A DNA stretch of 38,600 nucleotides from an uncultured Propionibacteriaceae bacterium (GCA_964448385.1 CAYUWV010000002.1:1-38600); one strand, 5' to 3'. Counted from the stretch's first letter, positions 8,845 through 19,047 are shown. Notes: generated from the letters alone by a model not told the origin. Numbers and translations are program-made.

Positions 8845-10067
8845 TCGGCCACGGCGGCGGCGTCGTCGGTCGCGACGGTGATTCCCGCCAGTTCCGCCCG
8901 GGACAGCACGCTGGAGACCAGGGCCCGCGCGATGGCCTCGGCCGTTGGTTTGGCGGTTCCGTCCAGGCGCGTGCCCTGGTGGTGGCAGGCCGTGATGACG
9001 TAGAGGAACGCGGCTCGCGGGATCTGGTGGCCGTCTTCGGCGGCGCGATCACGTGGCCACTTCGAGGCCTCGGTCAGGTTGAAGTCGTTGCTGGCCGCGT
9101 AGGCCTCCAGGTAGCCGAACACCCGGGGCCAGTCCTCGCGCGCTATCCGCGGGAGGCGAGCCACCTCGAACAGCGCGGCGACTGATGGCTGCTGCCGATC
9201 GGTGCCAGCATGCTCGGGCGGCGCGTGCCGCGAGGTGTCCCACAAGAAGAGCTGCGAGAACGCGGCGTTGGGCAGATCCAGGACACGGACCGCGCGGCCG
9301 AACGAACCGGCACCGAGCCAGTTCGTCGTGCGGAGCTCGGTGCCGAGCTGGGCCACCACCTGGGACGCGGCTCGAGCGAGGTTGATCGGCTCCGACGCCT
9401 CGAGGTAAGCGTTCGTCATCTCGGTGCGGAACGCCTTGAAGAGCTCGCTGCGTCCATCACCGCCATCATCGTGAGACTCAGCCAGCCCGGCGGGCGCGGC
9501 CTGGTCCGCTTCTTCCTCGGGCTCATCGACCCGCACCAGCTCGAGCATGGATTGAGCGTCCAGGAGACGGTCAGCGAGGGCCTCGTAGGCAGTGGCGGTC
9601 TCGCCGGTGGCGATCATCGTGATCCGGCGATCGTGGGCGCGGACGACCTGCAGGAGAGGGGTGAAGTCGGCGTCGCTGGACGCCAGCACGAACTCATCGA
9701 CGTGGCTCGGCCCTTGGAGCGCAGTCATCACGTCGATCACGATGCCGATGTCGGCGGCGTTCTTGCCCCGAGCCAGAGTTGGGCAGTCAACCACTTCGAA
9801 GCCGGCCTGGACGAAGTAGGGCCGGAACTTGGAGAAGTAGAGGCGTTCGCCCTCAGCCAGCGGGCTTGCCACCCAGCCGCTCGGGTTCATGTAGCACCGG
9901 ACCGCGAGCCACCGCCGCTCGCCGTCTGCCGAGTGTGCGTAGGTGAGCCGGGAGAGCCACCGTGCCGGGTTCATCGCCACTTCCACAGCGGACGTCGGGT
10001 CGGTCGCGATGAGGCCCCCAAAGAAGTTGTCGAAGTCGACGTACAGGGCTGCGCGGGTGTCGCTCAC
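8829..10067 (-). CDS. NYN (LabA/DUF88, PIN-like) domain protein
   Basis: ALYVDFDN, GKNAADIGIVID and LASSDADFTPL acidic catalytic motifs. The GTG at 10067 follows TAGAGT by 8 nt (ORF can extend to 10118). Confidence 0.88.
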   Translation of the reverse strand: MSDTRAALYVDFDNFFGGLIATDPTSAVEVAMNPARWLSRLTYAHSADGERRWLAVRCYMNPSGWVASPLAEGERLYFSKFRPYFVQAGFEVVDCPTLARGKNAADIGIVIDVMTALQGPSHVDEFVLASSDADFTPLLQVVRAHDRRITMIATGETATAYEALADRLLDAQSMLELVRVDEPEEEADQAAPAGLAESHDDGGDGRSELFKAFRTEMTNAYLEASEPINLARAASQVVAQLGTELRTTNWLGAGSFGRAVRVLDLPNAAFSQLFLWDTSRHAPPEHAGTDRQQPSVAALFEVARLPRIAREDWPRVFGYLEAYAASNDFNLTEASKWPRDRAAEDGHQIPRAAFLYVITACHHQGTRLDGTAKPTAEAIARALVSSVLSRAELAGITVATDDAAAVAEWLGV

Positions 10068-10258
10068 GAGCACCGACTCTAGGGGCCTCGAGATCGCGAG
10101 TTGTCGATTCGTGGCCAATCGACCGTGGCTTCGACCTGCCTGCTGGTCGCTCCTCTTGGTCCGCCCGCAGATTCACTCGGCTCGCGCGCGTCCCGATCGA
10201 CCCGTCCTTGGGCTTAGGGAGGGGTGAAGAAGGCGAACCGGAGGATCGGAGGGTCGCA

Positions 10259-10600
10259 ATGGAGCAGAGCTTGCGACAGCTGGCACGGAAGCGGGTGAAG
10301 GAGGCGACCGCGACGCGTCGCCAGGATTGGCTCGAGCGTGAGGCCCGGCTCGGCGACGCGGCGGTCGAGGTGGTCGCGGCGATCGGCATCCGGGATCGTG
10401 CCGAGTCTGAAGCGGCCAGGTCGATCGCGTCGATGCTCGAGTTGGGGGTGTCCCTGACCGAGGTGGGGGAGCGGTGTGGGCTTCCGTTGAAGGAGGTTGT
10501 CCGGCTCAAGCGGGTCCACCTCGAAGCCTCCGCGGCGACCGGCGCACTCGTCCGACCTGTGTCGTCGACCTCGGTCGGGACGGGAGGGCAGCAGGCATGA
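10259..10600 (+). CDS. Small hypothetical protein with probable C-terminal HTH
   Basis: GGAGG RBS before the ATG. LGVSLTEVGERCGLPLKEVVRL resembles an HTH. ATGA overlap with the next gene. Confidence 0.65.
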   Translation: MEQSLRQLARKRVKEATATRRQDWLEREARLGDAAVEVVAAIGIRDRAESEAARSIASMLELGVSLTEVGERCGLPLKEVVRLKRVHLEASAATGALVRPVSSTSVGTGGQQA

Positions 10601-11406
10601 CCTGGCGAGCGATCTGGTTGCGGGCTCAACTCACGGGCATCGCGTTCAGCAGCATGGTCTGGCTGGTCCTTTCGGCACTCGAGCCGGACGTGGTGGCGCT
10701 GTCCTGGCTGGCCGGCGCTGTGCTGGTGGCGGCGTGGCCGTCTCGTCTGATGTTCCGGGCGCGGTTCGCCGGCCGGCCGGTCTCGCCGGCCGATCGGGAT
10801 TTGGTCCTTCGGGCCGTCGCTCCGATCCAGTCGCTGCGGGGACGCAACCAGCCCGAGGTGCGCACAAGCCGACCGCCGCAGGCGGGGGTGGCGGTCGGCC
10901 CGGGCCTCGTGGTTGTCGGCCAGCAACTGCTGGACAAGCTCCGCTCCCAGCAGGTTTCTGAGCTCCAGTTCGCGACCTTGGCCGCCCGTTGCCTGGGCGT
11001 GGCGGGGGTGAACCAGTCACGGCTGGTGGTCGCAGTGGACTTGTTCTGCCTGCCGTGGTCGCTGATGCGTCAGCTGTCCCGCGCGGCGATCTTCCGCCTT
11101 CCGCGTCGGGTTCTTGCCACGGCGCTTGGCCGCGCGATGGCCGGGCTGGTCCTCGTCCTTGCCGCCGTCGACCTGTTCCATCGTGGCTTGTGGGTGTCGC
11201 TGGTGATGGTCGTGCTGGTGGCGGTCGCTGCGGTGACCACGGGCGGGTTCGATCGGGCCTGGGCCGTCCGCCTGGACGAACTTGCCGAGGACGGGGTTCG
11301 CCGCTGCGGTCTCGCCCAAGCGAACCGGACGCCGGCATCACCTGACCCGTGGGAGCCCCTGCTGCGCGATGAGCAGGGTCGCCGCGACCGGGAGGTGTGG
11401 TCGTGA
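10597..11406 (+). CDS. Hypothetical membrane protein
   Basis: Several hydrophobic segments; coupled to both neighbours by ATGA/GTGA overlaps. Confidence 0.6.
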   Translation: MTWRAIWLRAQLTGIAFSSMVWLVLSALEPDVVALSWLAGAVLVAAWPSRLMFRARFAGRPVSPADRDLVLRAVAPIQSLRGRNQPEVRTSRPPQAGVAVGPGLVVVGQQLLDKLRSQQVSELQFATLAARCLGVAGVNQSRLVVAVDLFCLPWSLMRQLSRAAIFRLPRRVLATALGRAMAGLVLVLAAVDLFHRGLWVSLVMVVLVAVAAVTTGGFDRAWAVRLDELAEDGVRRCGLAQANRTPASPDPWEPLLRDEQGRRDREVWS

Positions 11407-12050
11407 GCATCACGCATGCGGGCCTGCGGTCGTGGGCGAAGGGGCTGTACCCGCTCGAGGCAGCCGTCGAGATCCTGGTCCGCGCGTTCGGGGGACGGTT
11501 CGCCGCACCGGGCCAGCCGTGGATCCAGCCGTGCGATCAGCCGGGCTGGTGGTGGCTGGACGTCACCATGCTGGTCGACGACCAGATCGGCCACCTGTCC
11601 GGCGGCGAACAACGTGTTCTGCGGATCGTCGCGTCCTTGGCCGGGGGAGCGCCGGTCAGCCTGGCCGACAACCTGCCCGGACTGGATCGAGAACTGACCG
11701 ATCTCGTCCTGGCCGGCCTCGCCCACGCCAACGGAAGCCACGAACATCCCGACCTTCGCATCGACCACGCCCGTGGCGTCGCCGTCCTCAACGGACGGCT
11801 CCCCTCGCTGCACCCGTGGCCTGCGGCCGTCCAACCGGGCTCCGCGGACGCGTCCATACCCTCCGACGAGACCGAGGCAGTCCCCGCGTCCGTGCCGACG
11901 AATCCTGATTGGCGGCAGCAGCTGGCCGATCTGCCGCTGATCCGCGAGGATCTCCTGGTTCAGCTTGAGCAGCGCGCCCGCAAGGGCGCGAGCCGGGCCG
12001 AGCTCGACGAGTTGCGCCGCGACTACCACGAGCTGTTCGGCAGGTCCTGA
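11403..12050 (+). CDS. Hypothetical protein (MGE backbone)
   Basis: LRSWAKGLYPLEAAVEIL...LSGGEQRVLRIVASL. Coupled to its neighbours. Confidence 0.65.
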   Translation: MSITHAGLRSWAKGLYPLEAAVEILVRAFGGRFAAPGQPWIQPCDQPGWWWLDVTMLVDDQIGHLSGGEQRVLRIVASLAGGAPVSLADNLPGLDRELTDLVLAGLAHANGSHEHPDLRIDHARGVAVLNGRLPSLHPWPAAVQPGSADASIPSDETEAVPASVPTNPDWRQQLADLPLIREDLLVQLEQRARKGASRAELDELRRDYHELFGRS

Positions 12051-13129
12051 TGGCCGGCCGCGCCCTCACCCCGGCCCAGCGAGATGCGGCCGATCAGGCC
12101 CGCCGCGAGACTGTCGAGCAGTTGCACCAGCAGCTCGCCGAGGGGATCGCGAACCTTGACAACCGGGACGAGTGGCAGCGCTACCTGCGGTTCGCCCGCG
12201 GCTTCCACCACTACAGCTTTGGTAATCAGATCTTGTTGCTCCGCGCCAGACCAGACGCGACCGCAGTATGCGGTTACCGGGGCTGGCAGGCCAAGGGCTA
12301 CCAGGTCCGCCGAGGAGAGAAGGCGATCCGCATCCTCGGACCGGTCACCCGCCGCGTCCCACTCACCGACCCCGCCGGCCAGCCGCTGCTGGACGACCAG
12401 GGACGGCCCCGGTACGGCCTGGAGATGATCGGCGTACGTCCCGTCTCGGTGTGGGACATCAGCCAGACCGACGGACCGCCCGTCCCCGAAGCACCCAAGC
12501 CCGTGCTGCTGACCGGTCAGGCGCCACCGGGGTTGTGGGACAGCCTTGCCGAGATCGTCGCCGGGCAGGGCTACCGACTCGAGCGCGGCGACTGCGGCGC
12601 AGCGAACGGGCTGACCAGCTACGCCGAGCGGTTCGTGCGCGTCCGCGACGACGTCGACGCCGCCAGCCAGGTGCGCACGCTCGCCCACGAGGTCGGTCAC
12701 GTCCTGCTCGCCGACCCCGCCCAGGTCGCCCGGATCGTCGACTGCCGTGGGCTGCGGGAGGTGGAGGCTGAGTCGATCGCGTTCATGGTCGCCGAAGCGC
12801 ACGGGCTGCGGAGCGGGCAGTACACGTTCAACTACGTCACCGGCTGGGCCAGCCAGGCCAGCGACACCCTCACCGCCGAACAGGTCGTCCGCGCCACCGG
12901 CCAACGCGTCATGGACACCGTCGACAAGATCCTCGCTCACACCAAGCCCACTCCTACGACGGGCGAACTGCTCCAGGCAGCGGTCGAAACCGCGCTCGAC
13001 CACGACTTCGCCACCGCCGGACACCGCTGGGGACCCATCGCCCACGAACCCAGCCCCGGCGCCCGCGCCGAGCGATCCGCCGGAGTCGGCCTGTCCCAGC
13101 CGAGCCGCGGCCTCGAAGTCGGACGATGA
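12050..13129 (+). CDS. ArdC-like ssDNA-binding/antirestriction protein with metallopeptidase-like domain
   Basis: FHHYSFGNQIL, GYRGWQAKGYQVRRGEKAIRIL and VWDISQT (ArdC-N), followed by TLAHEVGH...EVEAESIAF...YVTGW. Confidence 0.85.
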   Translation: MAGRALTPAQRDAADQARRETVEQLHQQLAEGIANLDNRDEWQRYLRFARGFHHYSFGNQILLLRARPDATAVCGYRGWQAKGYQVRRGEKAIRILGPVTRRVPLTDPAGQPLLDDQGRPRYGLEMIGVRPVSVWDISQTDGPPVPEAPKPVLLTGQAPPGLWDSLAEIVAGQGYRLERGDCGAANGLTSYAERFVRVRDDVDAASQVRTLAHEVGHVLLADPAQVARIVDCRGLREVEAESIAFMVAEAHGLRSGQYTFNYVTGWASQASDTLTAEQVVRATGQRVMDTVDKILAHTKPTPTTGELLQAAVETALDHDFATAGHRWGPIAHEPSPGARAERSAGVGLSQPSRGLEVGR

Positions 13130-13401
13130 CCAGCCTGTTGCCACTCGCGATCGGCCACGTCCGCAACGCCGTCTGGCAACTGCTGAGCAACGACCACGAC
13201 GAAGGCCTCGCTCTCGGACTGGAAGCCCTCGAAGTCGAAGCGCTCCTCACCCTCGACGACCTCGACCCCGAGGTGCCGACGCTCGAGCCCGACCCGTCCG
13301 CCTCTCTGGTCGCCGCCCGCGCCCTGCTGGACAGCGCCCCGGACGAGGTCCCGCCCGCAGCCTGGGCGGCCCTGCAAGCTCTGATCGCGAAGCTGGGCTG
13401 A
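13126..13401 (+). CDS. Small acidic hypothetical protein
   Basis: ATGA overlap with the ArdC-like gene and a 3 bp gap to the next ORF. Confidence 0.55.
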   Translation: MTSLLPLAIGHVRNAVWQLLSNDHDEGLALGLEALEVEALLTLDDLDPEVPTLEPDPSASLVAARALLDSAPDEVPPAAWAALQALIAKLG

Positions 13402-13404
13402 CCG

Positions 13405-14667
13405 ATGGCCACCATCGGCGACCTGCTCAACCGCTTGGAGGACCGGGCGCACACCCTCACCCGGACTCCCGACGACACCGTGAGGAGCCACCTCGCCGGC
13501 TGGATGCCACTCGCCCGAACCACCCAGCACGCGATCGCCCTGCTCCCGCTGGGCGGACGCAGCGAGGTCGTCAAGGCCGGCGTCCGCAACGTCCTGGCAC
13601 CGCTCGCCCGCGGCCCCCGCCAGCCGCTGGACGTCGTCCAGCCCGCACCACAACTGGTCGGCCTCGCCCAGGTCATGGGCGGCATCTCCGACACCCTCAC
13701 CGACAACCTCCGCACCGGCGGACGCGCCGAGTACGCCGGCACCGAAGCACTCAAACTCGAAGCCAGCCTGCTGTCCGCTGTCCACGTGGCCGCCCGCTGG
13801 TCACGCAGCACCATGGACGACCAGAAGCTCCCCACAACCAGGTCATCAGTGATGGCCTTCCTCGGCGACCTCGCCGTAATCACCGAACCGTACGCGCTCA
13901 TCCCACCCGGACGACGGACGAGCACCCTCGAGGAGCTCGCCCTGCGCGCACCCAACACCCCCGGTGTGGAGGGCGCCGCGGTCGTCTGGGCCCACGTCGC
14001 CTCCGAGACCCTCACCGAGCGATACCGCATCAGCAGCTGGGCCATGCAAGCCATTGCCGGCGAGCTCGCCCTCCTCAGCCACACGGCCCGCTCGGCGGTG
14101 CTCGCGGCCGCCAGCCGCGGCGAACTCTCACCCCAAACCGCCAGCCAGCTCTCCGACAGCCTGCACGCGTCCACCCGCGCGTGGCGCGCGGCCGCAGCGT
14201 GGCCGCCGTATCTGCGCCTCGGCGGGCGCAGCCTCGACCTCCGCGAGGCATCCCGGGATCTCCGCGAGACGATCGCCACCGGCGCCACCGCGACCCTGGC
14301 CACTTGGCGCAGAGTCCTCGGGGTGGCCATGCCGGTCGCCCTCAGTCACGCCGCCGTCATGCGGTCACTGGTCCGCGGACACGAGTTGTGGATCCACAGC
14401 TCGGCTGTCGACCCGGCCGACGGGTACGCCCGCGGTTGGGGCAGGGAGCCTCGATGGTCGCAGCAAGGACAGCCGCTTCTGGCCGCCGCGCTGGACGGAT
14501 GCCGCGCCCTCGACAACACGGTGTCGTTGCTCGGCACACTCGCACATGGCGACACCAGTGGCAGCTCACACCGCTGGGGCCCCGTTCACGCGGCGCCCCT
14601 CCGGACGCGACAGGATCACGAGACCCAGGCTGCGGACGAGTTGCCCACCGTCTCGCCTCGACTCTGA
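13405..14667 (+). CDS. Hypothetical Ala/Arg-rich helical protein (MGE backbone)
   Basis: 420 aa ORF with protein-like composition; last gene of the co-oriented backbone run. Confidence 0.6.
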   Translation: MATIGDLLNRLEDRAHTLTRTPDDTVRSHLAGWMPLARTTQHAIALLPLGGRSEVVKAGVRNVLAPLARGPRQPLDVVQPAPQLVGLAQVMGGISDTLTDNLRTGGRAEYAGTEALKLEASLLSAVHVAARWSRSTMDDQKLPTTRSSVMAFLGDLAVITEPYALIPPGRRTSTLEELALRAPNTPGVEGAAVVWAHVASETLTERYRISSWAMQAIAGELALLSHTARSAVLAAASRGELSPQTASQLSDSLHASTRAWRAAAAWPPYLRLGGRSLDLREASRDLRETIATGATATLATWRRVLGVAMPVALSHAAVMRSLVRGHELWIHSSAVDPADGYARGWGREPRWSQQGQPLLAAALDGCRALDNTVSLLGTLAHGDTSGSSHRWGPVHAAPLRTRQDHETQAADELPTVSPRL

Positions 14668-14842
14668 CAACACGCCGGATGCTTCGTATCCGAAAGCTCT
14701 GGGTGGTTCACGCTTGATGTACGGCGCTGTTCGGCATCGTTGGTCTTGCGGTGGACGCGCATTTGCGGTTCGTCCTGCACGCGCTGGTAGTTGGATGCAG
14801 CCAATCTCCTGTGAGGCAGTCTGGCCCGAGCCATTCAGCTTT

Positions 14843-15430
14843 CTAATCGGCCGACCCCGTGCCATCGAGTTGTGTTACTTCGGTAGTTGACTCAGGGTCC
14901 GGCTTCCGTTCCCACGCTGTGATGTACCAGATCAGGGCTTGGGTCGTTCCGGAGAAGACAAGCCAGGTCAGGGCTGCGGCGAACCAGTCGGTCCACAGAA
15001 CGCTCGAAGGATCCCAGAAAGCGATCGGGACAACGACAAACGCGGTCATTGGTACGACTGTGACTGGAGCCATGAGCCAATCCAGAACCCCCACCTTCTC
15101 ACGCCCGATCAGTCTGCATAGGTGGACGAAGTACGCGACATAGAGCGCCCACCCAATGATCGCGAGAACTGTGCTGAAGCCTCCGACTAGCCAGGGTTCT
15201 CGGTCCTCCCACGACGCGCTGCGGGCGAAGTACAGCATGCCGAAGAAGCCCGCAGCGGCTAGCTCGTAGGTCACGGCGACCGAATCCCACAACCGGTACG
15301 AGTTGCGCTCTTTGGTCTCACCCGCCTCGTCCCCGGACCTGATTTGGCGGGCCGCGAGAGTGATGGCGAACACCACACCGGCGAAGGCGGACAGCGCCAT
15401 GAAATAGGAGTCCCAGTCCACGACCAGCAC
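14843..15430 (-). CDS. Hypothetical integral membrane protein (start may be GTG at 15421)
   Basis: About 5 hydrophobic segments. TAGCGT lies 7 nt before the GTG at 15421. Confidence 0.65.
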   Translation of the reverse strand: MLVVDWDSYFMALSAFAGVVFAITLAARQIRSGDEAGETKERNSYRLWDSVAVTYELAAAGFFGMLYFARSASWEDREPWLVGGFSTVLAIIGWALYVAYFVHLCRLIGREKVGVLDWLMAPVTVVPMTAFVVVPIAFWDPSSVLWTDWFAAALTWLVFSGTTQALIWYITAWERKPDPESTTEVTQLDGTGSAD

Positions 15431-15942
15431 GCTAGTGAACTCGTGGGCGTGGCGCTGGCGATGTTCGAAGTACCGAACCCTTGTCCTTGCCGCTGGTTGA
15501 CGCGGAATGAGGCGACCTCACCCCGACCGGCCGTCCGCAGGACGATCTCCGTAGTGCGGACTCCGGCTCACCCGACGTGCCCACGCGGCAGGCCCGGGAC
15601 CACCGGCACGTGCCCTTCCGTCTCGATCGCATCGATCACGCCCGAAGCTTCTGGAAGACCGAAGCCGAGGCGACAACGATGGTGAGTTGTTCGGCGAGCT
15701 ACACCATGAATGTCAGCCCAATCGGTGTCATGCGATGGCTCACAACGAAACGCGCTGTCCTAGCCGCCGATCGAAAGGCTCGCATGCGCGTCCCAACTTG
15801 CTGCGGCTTCGTCCTGAGCTTCGTCACCTGATGGCAGAGAGCCTCACGATTGGCGCATGGACCGTGCACTCGCGGGTCTCCTTGTGCGCCGTTGGCCGGT
15901 TGTCGCCTCGAGTCGCCGCTAACATCCTCCGCAGGAGGATCG

Positions 15943-18900
15943 GTGACTGACGTTTCGGAAGTGACAGACGCACTTGCGTCGCCGGTGCTCAACGGGCCGT
16001 TTGATCCCCCGTCCCGCCACTTCGAGATCGGGCATAAGGGCCCCACCGGGATGGTTCAGGAGGGGCGCCGACCTAGCGAGTCGTACATCCCTGTACCCGT
16101 GCCCAAGAAGCGTGGCAAGCAGGGCGTCTTGCAGGACGCCCTCGACTTCGACCTGACCCACGAGCGGGTCGAGAAGAACACCCTGATCAACGACCTGCGC
16201 CGCGCGGTCGAGCAGTGGCGGCTTCGGGACTACAAGGGCGCCACACCGACTTCCCGCCGGCTCCTGATGTACTGGGCGGAACCGACCCGCGAGAACCGGG
16301 TGATGTTCTGCCAGCGCGAGGCCGCTGAAACCGCGATCTTCCTCGCAGAGGTCGCCGGCCGGCAGACGTTCACCGCCGACTGGCGGGAGCGGGTGGACGC
16401 AGCGAACGCTGAGCACAACGCAGGCCTTCCGCGGGTCGCGCTGAAGATGGCGACCGGCACTGGGAAGACGGTCGTCATGGCGATGTTGATCGCTTGGCAG
16501 ACTCTGAACAAGGTGGCGAGCCCGGGCGACAAGCGGTTCGCCAAACGTTTCCTGATCGTCACCCCGGGCATCACGATCCGCGACAGGCTCCGCGTGCTGG
16601 ATCCTTCCGAACCCGGTAACTACTACAAGCTTCGCGATCTCGTGCCGGCCGACCTCGAGGGTCAGCTCCGTCAGGCGCAGTTGATCATCACGAACTACCA
16701 CGCCTTCCTGCCTCGTGACACGAAGGAGATCAAGAACGTCGCCCTCAACACGCGCAAGTTGCTGCTCGCCGGCAAGCACGACGATCCCTTCAAGGAGACC
16801 GATGCGGCGATGGTGTCGCGGGTGCTGCGCGGCTGGGGCGTCGGGTCAGGTAAGCAGCAGGCCGAGATCGTTGTGTTCAGCGACGAGGCCCACCATTGCT
16901 ACGCCGACAAGCCGCAGAGCGTGGTCGAGGTCGATGGTGAGGCCGCCGACAAGGAAGCCGAGGAGGCGAACAAGGAAGCACGCGTCTGGTTCAAGGGACT
17001 CCAGGCTGTTGCCAAGTACGTCGGTGTGAAGACGATCTACGACCTGTCGGCGACGCCCTACTACCTGCGCGGCTCTGGCTACCACGAGGGCTTCATCTTC
17101 CCCTGGACAATCAGCGACTTCTCACTGATGGACGCGATCGAGTCGGGCATCGTGAAGGTGCCGCGGATCCCGGTCGACGACGACGCGATCAACGACCAGG
17201 TCACCTACCTCAACCTGTGGGAGTACGTCGGGCCGAAACTGCCCAAGCGGGGACTGGCGAACACCGACGTGACCGACTGGCTCATCCCCCCAGAACTCCA
17301 GGGAGCGCTCGACAGCCTCTACCGAAGCTACTCACGCTCCTTCGACTACTGGCAGAAGCACCTCGAGGCCCTCGATGAACCACCGCCAGTGATGATCGTG
17401 GTCTGCCCCAACACCGCCGTCTCCCGGCTGGTGTTCGACTGGATCGCCGGCGCCGAGGTTGAACGCAAGGACGGCAGCGGCCTGCTTGTCCCCGGGAATC
17501 TGCCGCTCCTCAGCAACGTTGACGGCGAGCACTTCCTCGACCGTCCGCGGACCATCCTTGTCGACTCTGCCCAGCTCGACTCCGGCGAAACTCTGAAGGA
17601 CGACTTCAAGAAGGCTGCAGAGAGCGAGATCGAAGCGTTCAAATCCGACTTCCGGCGCCGGAACCCGGGCGCCGACGTCGATGCGATCACAGATGAAGAC
17701 ATCCTCCGTGAGGTGATGAACACTGTCGGCAAGAAGGGTCTCCTCGGTGAACCCGTCCGGTGCGTCGTTAGTGTCTCGATGCTCACCGAGGGCTGGGACG
17801 CCAACACCGTGACCCACATCCTCGGCGTGCGCGCCTTCCGGTCCCAGCTACTGTGCGAACAGGTGGTCGGACGCGGCCTGCGCCGTCGTTCCTACGCGAT
17901 CAACGACGACGGCAAGTACGACGCCGAGTACGCGTCGGTGTACGGGGTGCCGTTCGCGTTCATCCCTTCCGACAAACCACTCCCGGAACCCAAGCCGTCA
18001 CCGCCCGCAACCGAAGTACGCTCCGTGCCGGGGCGAGAGGAACTCCGGATCACCTTCCCGAAGGTCGAGTCCTACCGGCTCGAGATCCCCGACGAAGACC
18101 TCAGGCTCGACATCGAGCACGCAGCCCACTACCGCGTCGGCCCAAGCACCGTGCCCACCTGGACCATGAACTCGCCGGTCGTCGGCGAGGTCGAACTCAT
18201 CGAGGACGAATCTGGCCCGATGCGCGCCCAGGCTGTGGCCTTCCGCCTTGCTCGTCGGCTCCTGAAGCACCAGTACATCATCGGCAGCGACGAACGCCCC
18301 TGGCTGTTCCCGCGGCTCGTCGGCATTTGCCGACAATGGATCGACAACTGCGTCGACCTGGAGCCTGGCTTCGACATCGGCACCCTCGTCCGCTACGCCG
18401 AGTTCGAAACCTCAGCCGCCGAAGCCATCTACAACGCCATCGGCGACCAGCCGATGGACCGGCGCGAACGTATGCGCGTGATCCTCCGTCGGTTCGACCC
18501 AGTCGGCCACACCGGCGACGTATCGTTCGTCACCCGCAAGCCGGTGTTGACCACGCGGCTGTCCGAGGTCAGCCACGTCGTGCTCGACGGCCCTGGCGGC
18601 AACACCTGGGAGGAACGCGTCGCCGGTTTGTGCGAGGAGGGCTGGCTCCCAGAAGTCGCTGCCTACGTGAAGAACGACCACCTGGGCTTCACCATCCCGT
18701 ATGTCTACAAAGGCAAGACCCACGACTACGTTCCGGACTTCCTGCTGCGCCTCAAGAGGCGCGAGGGCGAGGAGTTCGACCGCACCCTGATCGTCGAAGT
18801 CTCTGGCGGCATGAAGTCCGCGCACTCACCCGGATCCGTGCAGACCAAGGCGAACACCGCACGCAACTCCTGGTGTGCCGGCGTCAACAACCACGGCGGC

Positions 18901-19047
18901 TTCGGACGTTGGGGCTACACGGAAATCACGGACATCACGTACGCCCGCGAGCGACTCCGCGAGGCGATAGGCGCCTTGTACGGCGACGACGTGATCATTG
19001 GCGATCCAGACCTGCTCGACTACAACGAGGTGAACCGTGGCGCGTAG
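15943..19047 (+). CDS. res: Type III-like restriction subunit (SF2 helicase plus C-terminal PD-(D/E)xK-like nuclease; BPTD_3080-like)
   Basis: GGAGG RBS. Motifs MATGTGKT, DEAHH, LSATP, MLTEGWDA, EQVVGRGLRR, and C-terminal YVKNDHLGF.IPY...YVPDF...VEVSG. Confidence 0.9.
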   Translation: MTDVSEVTDALASPVLNGPFDPPSRHFEIGHKGPTGMVQEGRRPSESYIPVPVPKKRGKQGVLQDALDFDLTHERVEKNTLINDLRRAVEQWRLRDYKGATPTSRRLLMYWAEPTRENRVMFCQREAAETAIFLAEVAGRQTFTADWRERVDAANAEHNAGLPRVALKMATGTGKTVVMAMLIAWQTLNKVASPGDKRFAKRFLIVTPGITIRDRLRVLDPSEPGNYYKLRDLVPADLEGQLRQAQLIITNYHAFLPRDTKEIKNVALNTRKLLLAGKHDDPFKETDAAMVSRVLRGWGVGSGKQQAEIVVFSDEAHHCYADKPQSVVEVDGEAADKEAEEANKEARVWFKGLQAVAKYVGVKTIYDLSATPYYLRGSGYHEGFIFPWTISDFSLMDAIESGIVKVPRIPVDDDAINDQVTYLNLWEYVGPKLPKRGLANTDVTDWLIPPELQGALDSLYRSYSRSFDYWQKHLEALDEPPPVMIVVCPNTAVSRLVFDWIAGAEVERKDGSGLLVPGNLPLLSNVDGEHFLDRPRTILVDSAQLDSGETLKDDFKKAAESEIEAFKSDFRRRNPGADVDAITDEDILREVMNTVGKKGLLGEPVRCVVSVSMLTEGWDANTVTHILGVRAFRSQLLCEQVVGRGLRRRSYAINDDGKYDAEYASVYGVPFAFIPSDKPLPEPKPSPPATEVRSVPGREELRITFPKVESYRLEIPDEDLRLDIEHAAHYRVGPSTVPTWTMNSPVVGEVELIEDESGPMRAQAVAFRLARRLLKHQYIIGSDERPWLFPRLVGICRQWIDNCVDLEPGFDIGTLVRYAEFETSAAEAIYNAIGDQPMDRRERMRVILRRFDPVGHTGDVSFVTRKPVLTTRLSEVSHVVLDGPGGNTWEERVAGLCEEGWLPEVAAYVKNDHLGFTIPYVYKGKTHDYVPDFLLRLKRREGEEFDRTLIVEVSGGMKSAHSPGSVQTKANTARNSWCAGVNNHGGFGRWGYTEITDITYARERLREAIGALYGDDVIIGDPDLLDYNEVNRGA

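Noticed and set aside
12023-14890. Long overlapping ORFs (e.g. 12747-14717 +, 12954-14330 -, 12023-13144 -); also 34143-35621 + and others
   Set aside because: These are shadow ORFs typical of high-GC DNA. They overlap better-supported genes and have no recognisable motifs.
15901-15925. TGTCGC...TAACAT upstream of res as a third PafBC-type promoter
   Set aside because: The spacer is 13 nt rather than 10 and the hexamer deviates. Similarly, TGTCGG upstream of the GHKL gene lacks a TAnnnT at N10.
15431-15940. About 500 bp intergenic region (also 3220-3580 and 14668-14842) as possible ncRNA
   Set aside because: I could not support any recognisable RNA family, extended structure or repeat by eye. 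An Infernal/Rfam search would be needed.
18790-18812. Res nuclease motif EVSG instead of ExK, suggesting inactivation
   Set aside because: As I recall, E-V-(T/S)-G variants occur in this Res family, and the ORF is otherwise intact. Not evidence of decay without an alignment.
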